Shown: positions 39,100 to 49,068 of the stretch, piece by piece | How the letters are laid out: each line of letters opens with the position of its first letter | Position numbering within the stretch: the first letter of the stretch is position 1 | NCBI GenBank assembly: GCA_045546275.1 | Contig: JAZQCM010000001.1 | Coordinates: forward strand, 183,079-247,078 | DNA: 64,000 nt | DNA from: Clostridia bacterium | Lineage (GTDB): Bacteria > Bacillota > Clostridia > UMGS1883 | Direction of reading: 5' to 3' | Translations under genes and position numbers: made by a program | Notes under the pieces: model-generated | The model's input: the letters and a program-made list of their open reading frames with translations, nothing else | Database searches by the model: none | What the model was told of the DNA's origin: nothing

Positions 39100-40212
39100 A
39101 TGAAGCGTATTGTTATTTTACTTACAGTTTTTTTGTTTGCTGTTTGTAGCAAAGTGACTGCTTATGCTGTTGAAATTTCAGCCAAAAGCGCAATTGTTAT
39201 CGATGCAGCAAGCGGAAAAATTTTATATGAGAAAGATGCTCACACTAAAAGGGGCATGGCAAGCACAACTAAAATTATGACTTGTCTTCTTGCCATTGAA
39301 ACCCTGAATTTAGAAGATATTGTTACGGTAAGTCCTTTTGCGGCAGGTACCGAAGGCTCCTCAATATGGCTTGAAGCCGGGGAGAAAATCAGCGTTGAAG
39401 ATTTGTTGTATGGCTTAATGCTTTCAAGTGGCAACGATGCTGCAACCAGCCTGGCAGAATTCGCGAGTGGAAGCGTTGATGCGTTCACAGTGCTTATGAA
39501 TAAGCGGGCAAAAGAGCTAAAAGCAGTTAACACAAACTTTACCAATCCTCACGGTTTGCCTGATTCACAACACTACACAACAGCATACGAGCTTAGTTTG
39601 ATAAGTCGTGAAGCTATGAAAAATGATTTGTTCAGAAAAATTGTTTCCACTAAAAACAAAACAATTTCCTGGGAAAGTTCCAAGTGGGACAGAAGCCTTT
39701 CAAATCACAACAAGCTTTTAAAAATGTATGAGCATGCTGTTGGCATTAAAACAGGCTATACAAAAAAGGACGGTCGGTGTCTTGTTTCAGCAGCTGAAAA
39801 CGGTAACATGAGGCTTATTACAGTAACCTTATCCGCACCTGATGACTGGAATGACCACATTAAGCTTTACGAATACTGTTTTAATACATATTCACCAATC
39901 ACTGTCTGTAAACAAGGAACATCTTTAGGCCTCTATAATCCTTTAAATAATAATGCTGAACCAATTGAGCTTATATTGAACAACACTGTTTCTGCCATAT
40001 TGACACAATCGGATTTGAATTCAGTGAAGAAAATTGTTAAATTGAATATTACATTCCCCGTGGATAAATCTCAAAAAATAGGGGAGTGTGATTTATATTA
40101 TTCAGATTTTAAAATAGGCAGTGCAGATATTATTTCAGGCAACGCATCAGACATAAAGCCTGCATTGACTGATATTATAAAACAACTAATGAAGGGAATA
40201 GCTTTACAGTGA
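39100..40212 (+). CDS. Serine-type D-Ala-D-Ala carboxypeptidase (PBP5/DacF-like, S11 family)
   Basis: Signal peptide, active-site SxxK (ASTTK), SGN motif and KTG motif. RBS GAGGTGG before the ATG at 39100. Confidence 0.8.
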   Translation: MKRIVILLTVFLFAVCSKVTAYAVEISAKSAIVIDAASGKILYEKDAHTKRGMASTTKIMTCLLAIETLNLEDIVTVSPFAAGTEGSSIWLEAGEKISVEDLLYGLMLSSGNDAATSLAEFASGSVDAFTVLMNKRAKELKAVNTNFTNPHGLPDSQHYTTAYELSLISREAMKNDLFRKIVSTKNKTISWESSKWDRSLSNHNKLLKMYEHAVGIKTGYTKKDGRCLVSAAENGNMRLITVTLSAPDDWNDHIKLYEYCFNTYSPITVCKQGTSLGLYNPLNNNAEPIELILNNTVSAILTQSDLNSVKKIVKLNITFPVDKSQKIGECDLYYSDFKIGSADIISGNASDIKPALTDIIKQLMKGIALQ

Positions 40213-40949
40213 GATTACAAAAATATATGGCTCTCTGCGGTGTTGCTTCCCGCAGAGCCAGCGAAGATATAATCAAACAGGGTAGGGTAACTGTCAACGG
40301 CGATGTGATTGACTACATGGGTTTTGAAGTTGATGAAAACTACGACATTGTAGAAGTAGATGGAGCTCCTATCCGTCCTGAAGCTAAAAAGTTTTATATT
40401 CTTTTAAATAAACCTAAGGGTTACGTTACAACTGTCAGCGATGAATTCGACAGGCCCACTGTAATGGAACTGGTTCGTGATGTTCACGCCAGAATTTACC
40501 CTGTAGGAAGGCTTGACTATGACACGGCAGGGCTTTTAATTATGACTAATGACGGGGAATTTGCAAATATACTTACACATCCCAGTCACAATGTTAATAA
40601 AGGTTATATTGCACAGCTTAACAAAATGCCCGATGCCGAAGCATTAAACACATTAAGAAAGGGTGTTTTACTTGACGACAAATTAACCGCTCCTGCAAAG
40701 GTTGAGGTTTTAAAGGCTACAAAATTCAACTGTGAAATTAAAGTTACAATTCACGAGGGAAGAAACCGCCAGGTAAGAAGAATGTTTGAAGCTATTGGAG
40801 CAGAGGTTACAATGCTTAAACGTATTTCTGTCGGGAATGTAACCTTAGGTAATCTCCCCGAAGGTAAATGGCGTCACTTAAACGATGCCGAGCGCCAGCG
40901 TCTTGCAGGCAAGGATACCAAGAAGAGTAAACCTACTCGCAAAAGATAA
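40209..40949 (+). CDS. rluB: rRNA pseudouridine synthase (RluB/RsuA family) with an S4 domain
   Basis: S4 motif RLQKYMALCGVASRR and catalytic GRLD. Confidence 0.85.
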   Translation: MRLQKYMALCGVASRRASEDIIKQGRVTVNGDVIDYMGFEVDENYDIVEVDGAPIRPEAKKFYILLNKPKGYVTTVSDEFDRPTVMELVRDVHARIYPVGRLDYDTAGLLIMTNDGEFANILTHPSHNVNKGYIAQLNKMPDAEALNTLRKGVLLDDKLTAPAKVEVLKATKFNCEIKVTIHEGRNRQVRRMFEAIGAEVTMLKRISVGNVTLGNLPEGKWRHLNDAERQRLAGKDTKKSKPTRKR

Positions 40950-40998
40950 ATTTGTGTATAATTGAAATTTTAAATATAAAATCCAGGAGGTAGAAAAA

Positions 40999-42492
40999 AT
41001 GAGCATGGATGAAAAGCTTGCTATGCGTAATCAGGCTAAAGCAAATATAGCTTTAGGCGGTGGCGCAGATAAGCAAAACAAAGTAAAGAGCTCAGGCAAA
41101 ATGCTTGCCGGCGAAAGAGTAAATGCACTCTTTGACGAAGGCAGCTTTATTGAACTTGACGCTTTTGTTTCCGCACGCAACTGTGATACTGCCGCAGATG
41201 GCGTTGTTACAGGCTATGGTACTGTAGACGGAAGGCTTGTGTTCGCTTATGCACAGGATCCTACAGTTATCGGCGGTTGCATTGGCGAAATGCATGCAAA
41301 GAAAATTTGCAAGGTATATGATATGGCAGCAAAAATGGGGGCTCCCGTAATTGCTGTTCTTGATTCTAATGGTGCAAGATTGGAAGAAGGGGTTTTAGCA
41401 CAGGCCGCTGTGGGCGAAATCATGGCTGCAGCTTCCCGTATTTCAGGTGTCGTTCCTCATATCAGCCTTGTTTTAGGCGTATGTGCAGGTTCCTCTGCAA
41501 TTATTTCACAGATGAGTGACTTTGTAATCATGAGCGAAAAAGATGGAGCGGAATTATTTATTAACTCTCCTTCCGTTGTTACTGCTTCTACAAACAAAAA
41601 ATATGAAGCAAATGCTCTTGCAAACGCTTCAGTTTCAGGTAATGTTCACTTTACCGGCAAGGATGACGCAATGTGTATCGAAGCGTGCAAGCTCCTTTTG
41701 AGCTATCTTCCTTCTAATAACCTTTGCGATGCACCTGAATTCGAATGCGGAGACGATTTAAACAGAGTTTCCGAATCCTTCATGGCTGTTGATGGAGAAT
41801 ATGACGTAAGAAGTCTTATTGCTGCTGTAGCTGACGATGGTGCATTCATGGAAACCCAGGCAAACTACGCAAAGGGTGCTGTTACAGGTTTTGTTCGCCT
41901 TAACGGCTCCACTGTTGGTGTTGTTGCTAACCAGGGCAACGAAGAAGGTAGCCTTCTTTCCGGACAAGCTATTGAAAAAATGGCTCGTTTTGTACGTTTC
42001 TGCGATGCATTCAATATTGCAATACTCACATTTACTGACGTTGAAGGCTTTAAGGTAAGTGCTGATGAAGAAAACTGGGGCCTTGCAAGAAAGAGCGCAA
42101 GACTTCTTTATGCATTCACAGAAGCAACCACTCCCAAGGTAAATGTTGTTGTTAAAAAGGCTTATGGCGGCGCATATGCGGCTATGAACTCCAAGCAGAC
42201 AGGTGCTGATGTTGTTTTAGCATACCCCACAGCTTGTATTGCAGCAATTGCTCCCGAAGCAGGCGTTGGCGTTCTTTATGCTGACCGTCTTAAGGCAGGG
42301 GAGAGTCGTGACAGCCTTGTTTGTGAATATGTAGAAGAAATTGCATCTCCTTACAATGCAGCTAAATCAGGCATGGTTGATGACATTATTATTCCCGGCG
42401 AAACTCGTCCAAGAGTTATTGCGGCGTTTGAAATGCTCAGAAGTAAGCGTGTAAACGCTCCTTCCAGAAAGCATGACAATATGCCTCTTTAA
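40999..42492 (+). CDS. Acyl-CoA carboxyltransferase (12S-type; methylmalonyl-CoA decarboxylase alpha / propionyl-CoA carboxylase beta family)
   Basis: 497 aa; duplicated crotonase-like CT fold. Resembles MmdA/PccB. No biotinyl domain. Confidence 0.8.
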   Translation: MSMDEKLAMRNQAKANIALGGGADKQNKVKSSGKMLAGERVNALFDEGSFIELDAFVSARNCDTAADGVVTGYGTVDGRLVFAYAQDPTVIGGCIGEMHAKKICKVYDMAAKMGAPVIAVLDSNGARLEEGVLAQAAVGEIMAAASRISGVVPHISLVLGVCAGSSAIISQMSDFVIMSEKDGAELFINSPSVVTASTNKKYEANALANASVSGNVHFTGKDDAMCIEACKLLLSYLPSNNLCDAPEFECGDDLNRVSESFMAVDGEYDVRSLIAAVADDGAFMETQANYAKGAVTGFVRLNGSTVGVVANQGNEEGSLLSGQAIEKMARFVRFCDAFNIAILTFTDVEGFKVSADEENWGLARKSARLLYAFTEATTPKVNVVVKKAYGGAYAAMNSKQTGADVVLAYPTACIAAIAPEAGVGVLYADRLKAGESRDSLVCEYVEEIASPYNAAKSGMVDDIIIPGETRPRVIAAFEMLRSKRVNAPSRKHDNMPL

Positions 42493-42505
42493 TAGGAGGT
42501 TATGT

Positions 42506-42859
42506 ATGAATATATATGATCTTAATACAACCGGCGAAATAATTTCTTATGGCGTTGTTGTAACAATTCAGGGCATTATGGTTGTTTTCTTAATTCTCAT
42601 ACTAATAATGCTGACAATTTATGCTATGGGTCTTTTCTCCGGTGACAAGAAAGTGAAGAAAGAAGTTGTTACAGAAGCACCTGTTGCACCTTCTATGGTT
42701 GAAGATGCAGTTGACGAAGGCGAATTAATCGCTGTTCTCACAGCTGCTGTAGCTGCATGTTTGGGCACAAGCCAGTCAAGTGTTAATATTCGTAGCTACA
42801 AGAAGGTTTCTTCCGCTTGGGGCAATGCCGCAAAGCGTGAAGTTCTTGAAAAATTTTAA
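42506..42859 (+). CDS. Na+-transporting decarboxylase small membrane subunit (OadG/MmdD-like)
   Basis: N-terminal TM helix followed by an Ala/Pro-rich linker. RBS GGAGG before the ATG at 42506. Confidence 0.55.
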   Translation: MNIYDLNTTGEIISYGVVVTIQGIMVVFLILILIMLTIYAMGLFSGDKKVKKEVVTEAPVAPSMVEDAVDEGELIAVLTAAVAACLGTSQSSVNIRSYKKVSSAWGNAAKREVLEKF

Positions 42860-42873
42860 GGAGGTATATTGTA

Positions 42874-43227
42874 ATGAGAAAATTTATTATAAACGTTAAT
42901 GGTAATTCTTACGAAGTAGAAGTTGAAGAAGTAGGCGGTGCTTCCGCTCCTTCCGTTGCTCCCGTAGCACAGGTTGCTGCAGCAGCTCCCAAAAAAGCAG
43001 CTGCTCCCACAGGCAGCGGTGAACCCGTAAAGGCTCCCATGCCCGGTACAGTTCTTGACGTTAAGGTTAGTAATGGTGCAAAGGTTAATGAAGGCGACGT
43101 ACTTGTTGTTTTAGAAGCTATGAAGATGGAAAACGACATCAAGGCTCCCAAGGCAGGTACAGTTACTGTTATAACTTCAAAGGGCTCCAGCGTTAATACA
43201 GGTGATGTTTTAGTTACAATTGCGTAA
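42874..43227 (+). CDS. Biotin carboxyl carrier protein (biotinyl-lysine in EAMKMEN)
   Basis: C-terminal biotinyl domain with an AMKM motif; Ala/Pro-rich linker. Confidence 0.85.
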   Translation: MRKFIINVNGNSYEVEVEEVGGASAPSVAPVAQVAAAAPKKAAAPTGSGEPVKAPMPGTVLDVKVSNGAKVNEGDVLVVLEAMKMENDIKAPKAGTVTVITSKGSSVNTGDVLVTIA

Positions 43228-43269
43228 TTAAAGCTTAAAAAATTAACGCAGATTGGAGTGTGAATACAA

Positions 43270-44532
43270 ATGTTTGAAATGTTAGTTGACGGTTTGAGTA
43301 GCTTTGCTATAAAAACCGGCGTTGCTCAGATAGCAATGGACTTTACTGCAGGCGGTTGGAAAACACTCGTTATGATTGTTATTGCATGTGTGCTTTTGTA
43401 TCTTGCAATAGTTAAAAAGTTTGAACCGCTTTTACTTTTACCAATTGCATTTGGTATGCTACTTGCAAACCTGCCTTTAGGCGGGGTTATGCATCCCGAA
43501 TATTTCATAAACCCCGAGTATCTGATTGATGGCGAAAAGCTTAATTTCAGTCTGATACTTAATAAGGGTGGTCTTTTGGACCTTTTGTACTTAGGTGTTA
43601 AGCTTGGTATTTATCCTCCGCTTATTTTCTTAGGTATCGGTTGTATGACCGACTTTGGTCCTCTTATTTCTAACCCAAAGAGCATTCTTTTGGGTGCAGC
43701 AGCACAGCTTGGTGTATTTATCACATTCTTCTGTGCAGTGCTTCTTGGCGCATTCGGCCTTTTCGGTTTTGGTGCCGACGGAAATGTTGCAACAATCTTT
43801 AAGGAAGCAGCTTCCATTGGTATTATCGGTGGTGCCGACGGTCCTACAGCAATTTTCGTTACAAAAACGCTTGCTCCCGGACTTCTTAGTGCCATCGCCA
43901 TTGCGGCATACAGCTACATGGCACTTATTCCTCTTATTCAGCCTCCTATTATGAGGCTTTTCACAACAAAGAAGGAACGACAGATTGTTATGGAACAGCT
44001 TCGTCCCGTAACTCAGAAGGAAAAAATTATTTTCCCCATTGCCGTTGCTCTTATTGTAATTTTGCTTGTTCCCGATTCTGCAAGTTTGGTTGGTACACTT
44101 ATGCTTGGTAACCTTATTAAGGAATCAGGCGTCGCTGAACGACTTTGCAAAACAGCGCAGAACGAACTTATGAACATTATTACGATTTTCCTTGGTATCA
44201 CAGTTGGCGCTACTGCAACAGCAGACACATTCCTCACACCAAAGACAGTTCTTATCATTGTTCTTGGTCTTGCTGCTTTCTCCGTTTCTACAATGGGTGG
44301 TTTACTACTTGCAAAGCTTATGTGTAAGCTTACAGGAGGCAAGATCAATCCTCTTATCGGTTCTGCAGGTGTTAGTGCTGTGCCTATGGCAGCAAGAATG
44401 AGCCAGCAGGTTGGACAGGAAGAAAATCCTGCAAACTTCCTTCTCATGCACGCTATGGGTCCCAACGTTGCAGGTGTTATCGGTAGTGCGGTTGCAGCCG
44501 GTGTATTCCTTGCAAACTTTACAGGTATTTAA
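43270..44532 (+). CDS. Na+-transporting decarboxylase beta subunit (OadB/MmdB/GcdB family)
   Basis: 420 aa polytopic membrane protein with conserved beta-subunit blocks. Confidence 0.85.
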   Translation: MFEMLVDGLSSFAIKTGVAQIAMDFTAGGWKTLVMIVIACVLLYLAIVKKFEPLLLLPIAFGMLLANLPLGGVMHPEYFINPEYLIDGEKLNFSLILNKGGLLDLLYLGVKLGIYPPLIFLGIGCMTDFGPLISNPKSILLGAAAQLGVFITFFCAVLLGAFGLFGFGADGNVATIFKEAASIGIIGGADGPTAIFVTKTLAPGLLSAIAIAAYSYMALIPLIQPPIMRLFTTKKERQIVMEQLRPVTQKEKIIFPIAVALIVILLVPDSASLVGTLMLGNLIKESGVAERLCKTAQNELMNIITIFLGITVGATATADTFLTPKTVLIIVLGLAAFSVSTMGGLLLAKLMCKLTGGKINPLIGSAGVSAVPMAARMSQQVGQEENPANFLLMHAMGPNVAGVIGSAVAAGVFLANFTGI

Positions 44533-44550
44533 TTAGGAGGTAAATGAAAC

Positions 44551-45942
44551 ATGGTAAAAATTACAGAAACAGTCCTCCGTGATGCTCATCAGTCACTTAT
44601 TGCTACAAGAATGACAACAGAGCAGATCTTGGGCATTGTTGAAAAGCTTGATAAAGTTGGTTATCATTCTCTTGAGGCGTGGGGTGGAGCAACATTCGAT
44701 TCCTGCCTTCGTTTCCTCAACGAAGACCCCTGGGAAAGACTTCGTAAAATAAAGGATAAGGCAAAGAATACTCCTTTACAGATGCTTTTCCGTGGTCAGA
44801 ACATTTTAGGCTACCGTCATTATGCAGACGACGTTGTTGAATATTTTGTTCAGAAGTCTATTGCTAACGGTATTGATATTTTAAGAATTTTCGATGCGTT
44901 GAACGACGTAAGAAACTTTGAAACAGCTATTAAGGCAACTATTAAAGAAAAGGGTCACGTACAGGCAGCTATCAGCTACACTTTAAGTGACTTCCATACA
45001 AACGAATCCTTTATTAAGCTTGCAAAGCAGCTTGAAGATATGGGTGCAAACAGTATCTGTATCAAGGATATGGCAGGTCTTTTAACTCCTTACGTTGCAT
45101 ACGACCTTGTGTCCGGCATGAAAAAGGCTGTTAAAATTCCGATTCAACTTCACACTCACTACACAAGTGGTGTTGCAAGCATGACATATCTTAAAGCAAT
45201 TGAAGCAGGAATTGACGTTGTTGACTGTGCTATGAGCCCCATGGCACTTGGTACAAGCCAGCCTCCTACAGAATCTTTGGTTGCTACATTAAAGGGAACA
45301 GAGTACGATACAGGTTATGACTTGAACCTTCTTTCCGAAATTGCGGATTATTTCCGTCCTCTTCGTGAAGAATACCTTAAGAGTGGTCTTTTGGACCCCA
45401 AAGCATTAAGTGTTGATGCAAATACTCTTAAGTACCAGGTCCCCGGTGGTATGCTTTCAAACCTCATTTCTCAGCTTAAGCAGCAGGGCAAAGAGGACAA
45501 GTACGAAGAGGTTTTGAACGAAGTTCCAAGAGTTCGTGCCGATGCAGGTTATCCTCCTCTTGTAACTCCCACAAGCCAGATTGTTGGTACACAGGCAGTT
45601 CTTAATGTTATTACAGGTGAACGTTACAAGATGACAACAAAGGAATTCCGTGCAATGGTTCGTGGCGAATATGGTCAGACCCCTGCTCCCATTTCTGATG
45701 AATTCAGAAAAATGATTATTGGCGATGAAGAAGTTATTCACTGCAGACCTGCAGATCAGATTCCCAATGAATTGGACAAATTCAGAAGCGAAATTGCCGA
45801 ATATATTGAACAGGACGAAGACGTGCTTTCATACGCACTCTTTGACCAGGTAGCAACAAAGTTCTTTAAGTACCGTCAGGGTGCTAAGTACAAGATTGAC
45901 CCCAATCTTGCAAATACTGAAGAAAAAACTCATCCCATATAA
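44551..45942 (+). CDS. Oxaloacetate decarboxylase alpha / pyruvate carboxyltransferase (5S-type, HMGL-like TIM barrel) without a biotinyl domain
   Basis: N-terminal ITETVLRDAHQSL, HTHYTSG metal site, 463 aa. The C-terminal BCCP domain is absent (it is supplied in trans by 42874-43227). Confidence 0.8.
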   Translation: MVKITETVLRDAHQSLIATRMTTEQILGIVEKLDKVGYHSLEAWGGATFDSCLRFLNEDPWERLRKIKDKAKNTPLQMLFRGQNILGYRHYADDVVEYFVQKSIANGIDILRIFDALNDVRNFETAIKATIKEKGHVQAAISYTLSDFHTNESFIKLAKQLEDMGANSICIKDMAGLLTPYVAYDLVSGMKKAVKIPIQLHTHYTSGVASMTYLKAIEAGIDVVDCAMSPMALGTSQPPTESLVATLKGTEYDTGYDLNLLSEIADYFRPLREEYLKSGLLDPKALSVDANTLKYQVPGGMLSNLISQLKQQGKEDKYEEVLNEVPRVRADAGYPPLVTPTSQIVGTQAVLNVITGERYKMTTKEFRAMVRGEYGQTPAPISDEFRKMIIGDEEVIHCRPADQIPNELDKFRSEIAEYIEQDEDVLSYALFDQVATKFFKYRQGAKYKIDPNLANTEEKTHPI

Positions 45943-45953
45943 TAACAAAATTA

Positions 45954-45999
45954 AACAAAGTGCCCGATAAAATCATTATCGGGCAACTTTGTTTGTAAA
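45954..45999 (+). terminator. Intrinsic terminator after the decarboxylase cluster
   Basis: CAAAGTGCCCGATAAaatcaTTATCGGGCAACTTTGTTTG. Confidence 0.8.
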
Positions 46000-46011
46000 G
46001 AAGGAAAGACA

Positions 46012-47256
46012 ATGCTTAATATTAATCCTAAAATTATTGAATTAGCTAAAGAAATTGAAATAGAAACAGCCGATAAATTTAAAGAAATCGATGAAATTGC
46101 TGCATTTAATCAGGAAAAAGTGTTGAATGCCTTTATAAATAACAGAGTCAGCGACTCACACTTTAACCACTCCACAGGTTACGGCTACAACGATATCGGC
46201 AGAGAAGTTATTGACAAAATTTATGCTGATACCTTTGGCACAGAGGATGCTCTTGTGCGACATAATATTGTAAACGGCACTCATGCTTTGGCAATAGCGT
46301 TATTTGCTGTTCTGCGCCCAAATGATACACTTCTGGCAGTAACCGGCAAGCCTTATGACACGCTTGAAGAAGCTATAGGAATTTCCGGCGACGGAAAAGG
46401 CGGAAGTTTAAAGGAATTTGGAGTAAATTATCGTCAGGTTGATTTAAAGGATAATAAACCCGACTTTGAAAGAATAAAAGAAGAATTAACACAAGATGTA
46501 AAATGCTGTATTATCCAAAGAAGTAAAGGCTACGACTGGAGAGACACTCTTTCAAGCGAGGAAATAGGGGAGATAGTGCAGTTTATTAAGAAAATTAAGC
46601 CTGATACAATTTGTATGGTGGACAATTGCTACGGTGAATTTGTAGAAAAGTTTGAACCCAGCAATTTTGGTGCCGATATGATTGTAGGCTCACTCATAAA
46701 AAATGTAGGTGGCGGTTTAGCGCAAAGCGGTGGTTATATCGCAGGCACCAAAGAATGTGTTGAATTGGCGGCATACCGTCAGACAAGCCCGGGAATAGGC
46801 AAAGAATGTGGTGCAACGCTTGGTCAGAACAGGCACATTCTCCAAGGCTTTTTCATGGCTCCGCACATCGTGGCACAGGCTGTCAAAACTGCAGTATTCT
46901 GTGGTGCTATGATGGAAAAGCTCGGTTTTGAGGTTAATCCTACATCAAAAGGGAAGCGTAGCGACATAATCCAATCAATTAAATTCAATAACCCTGATAA
47001 ATTGATTAAATTCTGCCAGGGTATACAAATGGCTTCACCTGTAGACAGCTTTGCAGTACCTATGCCATGGGATATGCCCGGTTACAACCACCAAGTTATT
47101 ATGGCAGCAGGAACTTTTGTTTCGGGTGCAAGTATTGAAATAAGTGCCGATGCACCAATTAAAGAACCTTATGTTGGTTATCTTCAGGGCGGACTTACAT
47201 ATGAAAGCGGAAAAATTGCAGTTATGTATGCCGCAAGCCGATTGATAGAAGAGTAA
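46012..47256 (+). CDS. YnbB / 'aluminium resistance' family PLP-dependent enzyme (Cys/Met-metabolism, methionine gamma-lyase-like)
   Basis: ~414 aa; sequence character fits the PF06838 family. This is a recognition-level call. Confidence 0.5.
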   Translation: MLNINPKIIELAKEIEIETADKFKEIDEIAAFNQEKVLNAFINNRVSDSHFNHSTGYGYNDIGREVIDKIYADTFGTEDALVRHNIVNGTHALAIALFAVLRPNDTLLAVTGKPYDTLEEAIGISGDGKGGSLKEFGVNYRQVDLKDNKPDFERIKEELTQDVKCCIIQRSKGYDWRDTLSSEEIGEIVQFIKKIKPDTICMVDNCYGEFVEKFEPSNFGADMIVGSLIKNVGGGLAQSGGYIAGTKECVELAAYRQTSPGIGKECGATLGQNRHILQGFFMAPHIVAQAVKTAVFCGAMMEKLGFEVNPTSKGKRSDIIQSIKFNNPDKLIKFCQGIQMASPVDSFAVPMPWDMPGYNHQVIMAAGTFVSGASIEISADAPIKEPYVGYLQGGLTYESGKIAVMYAASRLIEE

Positions 47257-47351
47257 GGGAGTAAAGGGTTTTACTTAAAAGAATTGTTTTAAACACACAA
47301 TTAATTCAACAAAATAAAAATTTTGTTGAATTGGGAATAGGAGGATGTAAT

Positions 47352-48335
47352 ATGAACGTTAATAACGAATACCGCGATATTCCGGCGTTTGCACGGCGTT
47401 TTCTTGTGCATATGTCAACTATTCTCGGCAAATCTGATAAAACTGTACACGAATACTATTATGACCTTCGAACATTTTTCAGATTTTTAATGTGTTATTT
47501 TAACAAAGCTTCCTTTGATGATTTTGATACACTTAATGCTTCTGATTTTTCTATTAAAGACCTGGATAAATTAGTTACAGATGATTTGTATGAATACCTT
47601 ATGTTTATCAGAAATACACGTGATAATAATCCAAATGCTTTAGCACGTAAAATTTCTTGTCTTAAATCGTTTTATAATTATATGACTACAAAATCACATC
47701 AGCTTGATAATAATATTGCTAAAGATCTCGAATCTCCCAAAATTCCCAAAAAACTTCCCAGGTATCTTACATTAGACCAATCACGAAAACTTTTGGAATC
47801 TGTTGATGGCGAATTTGCAGTTCGTGACTATGCAATTATAACATTGTTTTTAAACTGTGGTATGCGTCTTAGTGAGCTTGTTGGTATAAATATGCATGAC
47901 ATGCAAGAAAATAGTATATTTATACGTGGCAAGGGCAACAAAGAACGAAAAGTTTATCTTAATGAGGCTTGTATTGCCGCAATTAATGATTATCTTGCAA
48001 TAAGGCCTCACGACGGGGTTATTGACCGTGACGCTCTGTTCTTAAGCAAAAGAAAAACTCGTATTTCTAACAATATGGTCTATAGAATGGTAAAAAAGAA
48101 CATGGAACGAGCAGGTTTAGACCCGGATAAATATTCACCGCATAAGCTCCGTCATACTGCCGCAACATTAATGTATGTGCATGGCGATGTTGATGTAAGA
48201 GCTCTGCAAGAAATACTCGGTCACGAACAGCTCTCTACCACTCAGATTTATACACACGTTGATGAAAAACAATTGCACGAAGCAGTAAGTCGCAATCCTT
48301 TGGCAAACACAAAAAAGCAAAAAAAAGACAGCTGA
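47352..48335 (+). CDS. Tyrosine site-specific recombinase, XerC/XerD family
   Basis: Catalytic R..HxxR..Y region LRHTAATLMYVHG...LGHEQLSTTQIYTHV. RBS GGAGG before the ATG at 47352. Confidence 0.8.
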   Translation: MNVNNEYRDIPAFARRFLVHMSTILGKSDKTVHEYYYDLRTFFRFLMCYFNKASFDDFDTLNASDFSIKDLDKLVTDDLYEYLMFIRNTRDNNPNALARKISCLKSFYNYMTTKSHQLDNNIAKDLESPKIPKKLPRYLTLDQSRKLLESVDGEFAVRDYAIITLFLNCGMRLSELVGINMHDMQENSIFIRGKGNKERKVYLNEACIAAINDYLAIRPHDGVIDRDALFLSKRKTRISNNMVYRMVKKNMERAGLDPDKYSPHKLRHTAATLMYVHGDVDVRALQEILGHEQLSTTQIYTHVDEKQLHEAVSRNPLANTKKQKKDS

Positions 48336-48349
48336 TGCTGTCTTTTTTT
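48323..48349. terminator. Bidirectional terminator between xerC-like and the ECF operon
   Basis: AAAAAAGACAGCTGATGCTGTCTTTTTTT. Confidence 0.8.
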
Positions 48350-49068
48350 CATTTGAAAACTCCGTATTTTTGCTTAATTCTCTTTAGTTTCTTTCCTATA
48401 GGTTTATTCATAATAATCATAAAAATTACGTTTGATATTACATAACTGAGCATAACGGGAACACTTGCCACAACAAGAGAAATATACCTTTGAAATGTAA
48501 ATAAAGAATCAAGATTAATTGTTGTGTAAATATCCATTACTAAAGAAAAAACCACACCTGCAATTGCTGAAAATGAATATAACAAAACCTTGTTCTTTTC
48601 AAGTAAACTCCTTTTGTTCAGAACACCTGCAATAAAACCAATCAGCCCCCACACAGCCATCTGGAAAATTGTCCATGGACCTTGACCGTATTGCATGTTT
48701 GAAAAAAGTGCGGTAAACGAGCCTGTAATAAATCCTGCATCACAGCCTAAATACATGCCTGTTATTATAACAAGTGCCGTTACAGGTTTAAAATGCGGAA
48801 CAAAAATGAAAATTATCCGAGAAGCTGTGCATAATGCAGTCATTACTGCTATTATGACAATTTCTCTTGAGCTTTGTTTACTTCGCTCAAATTTGCTGAA
48901 AAAAGGTATTAAAACTATTATTGCCGAAATCATTGCAACCAGCATGTATTTTTCATTGCCTAAAAATAAGCTCGAAGTAATTGAAAGAATTATTAAACAA
49001 AATATAGCAAAAATGCTTTTATACTTACTGATATGTACCATTCCTTTTACATAGAGTTGAAATATCAT
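48349..49068 (-). CDS. ECF transporter substrate-specific (S) component, predicted corrinoid-specific (CbrT-like) from operon context
   Basis: Small multi-TM protein that terminates the ECF T-A-S operon. The start is uncertain: candidates are 49068, 49041 and 48945, which give 239, 230 or 198 aa. Confidence 0.55.
   Translation of the reverse strand: MIFQLYVKGMVHISKYKSIFAIFCLIILSITSSLFLGNEKYMLVAMISAIIVLIPFFSKFERSKQSSREIVIIAVMTALCTASRIIFIFVPHFKPVTALVIITGMYLGCDAGFITGSFTALFSNMQYGQGPWTIFQMAVWGLIGFIAGVLNKRSLLEKNKVLLYSFSAIAGVVFSLVMDIYTTINLDSLFTFQRYISLVVASVPVMLSYVISNVIFMIIMNKPIGKKLKRIKQKYGVFK

Noticed and set aside
47352-48335. XerC/XerD-family recombinase as a marker of a prophage or integrative element that brought in the adjacent B12/ECF locus
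   Set aside because: There are no phage, conjugation or IS genes nearby, and no att-like repeats flank the region. The gene is flanked by a chromosomal PLP enzyme and has its own terminator, so it is more likely a chromosome-dimer-resolution Xer paralogue. This is left as weak speculation only.
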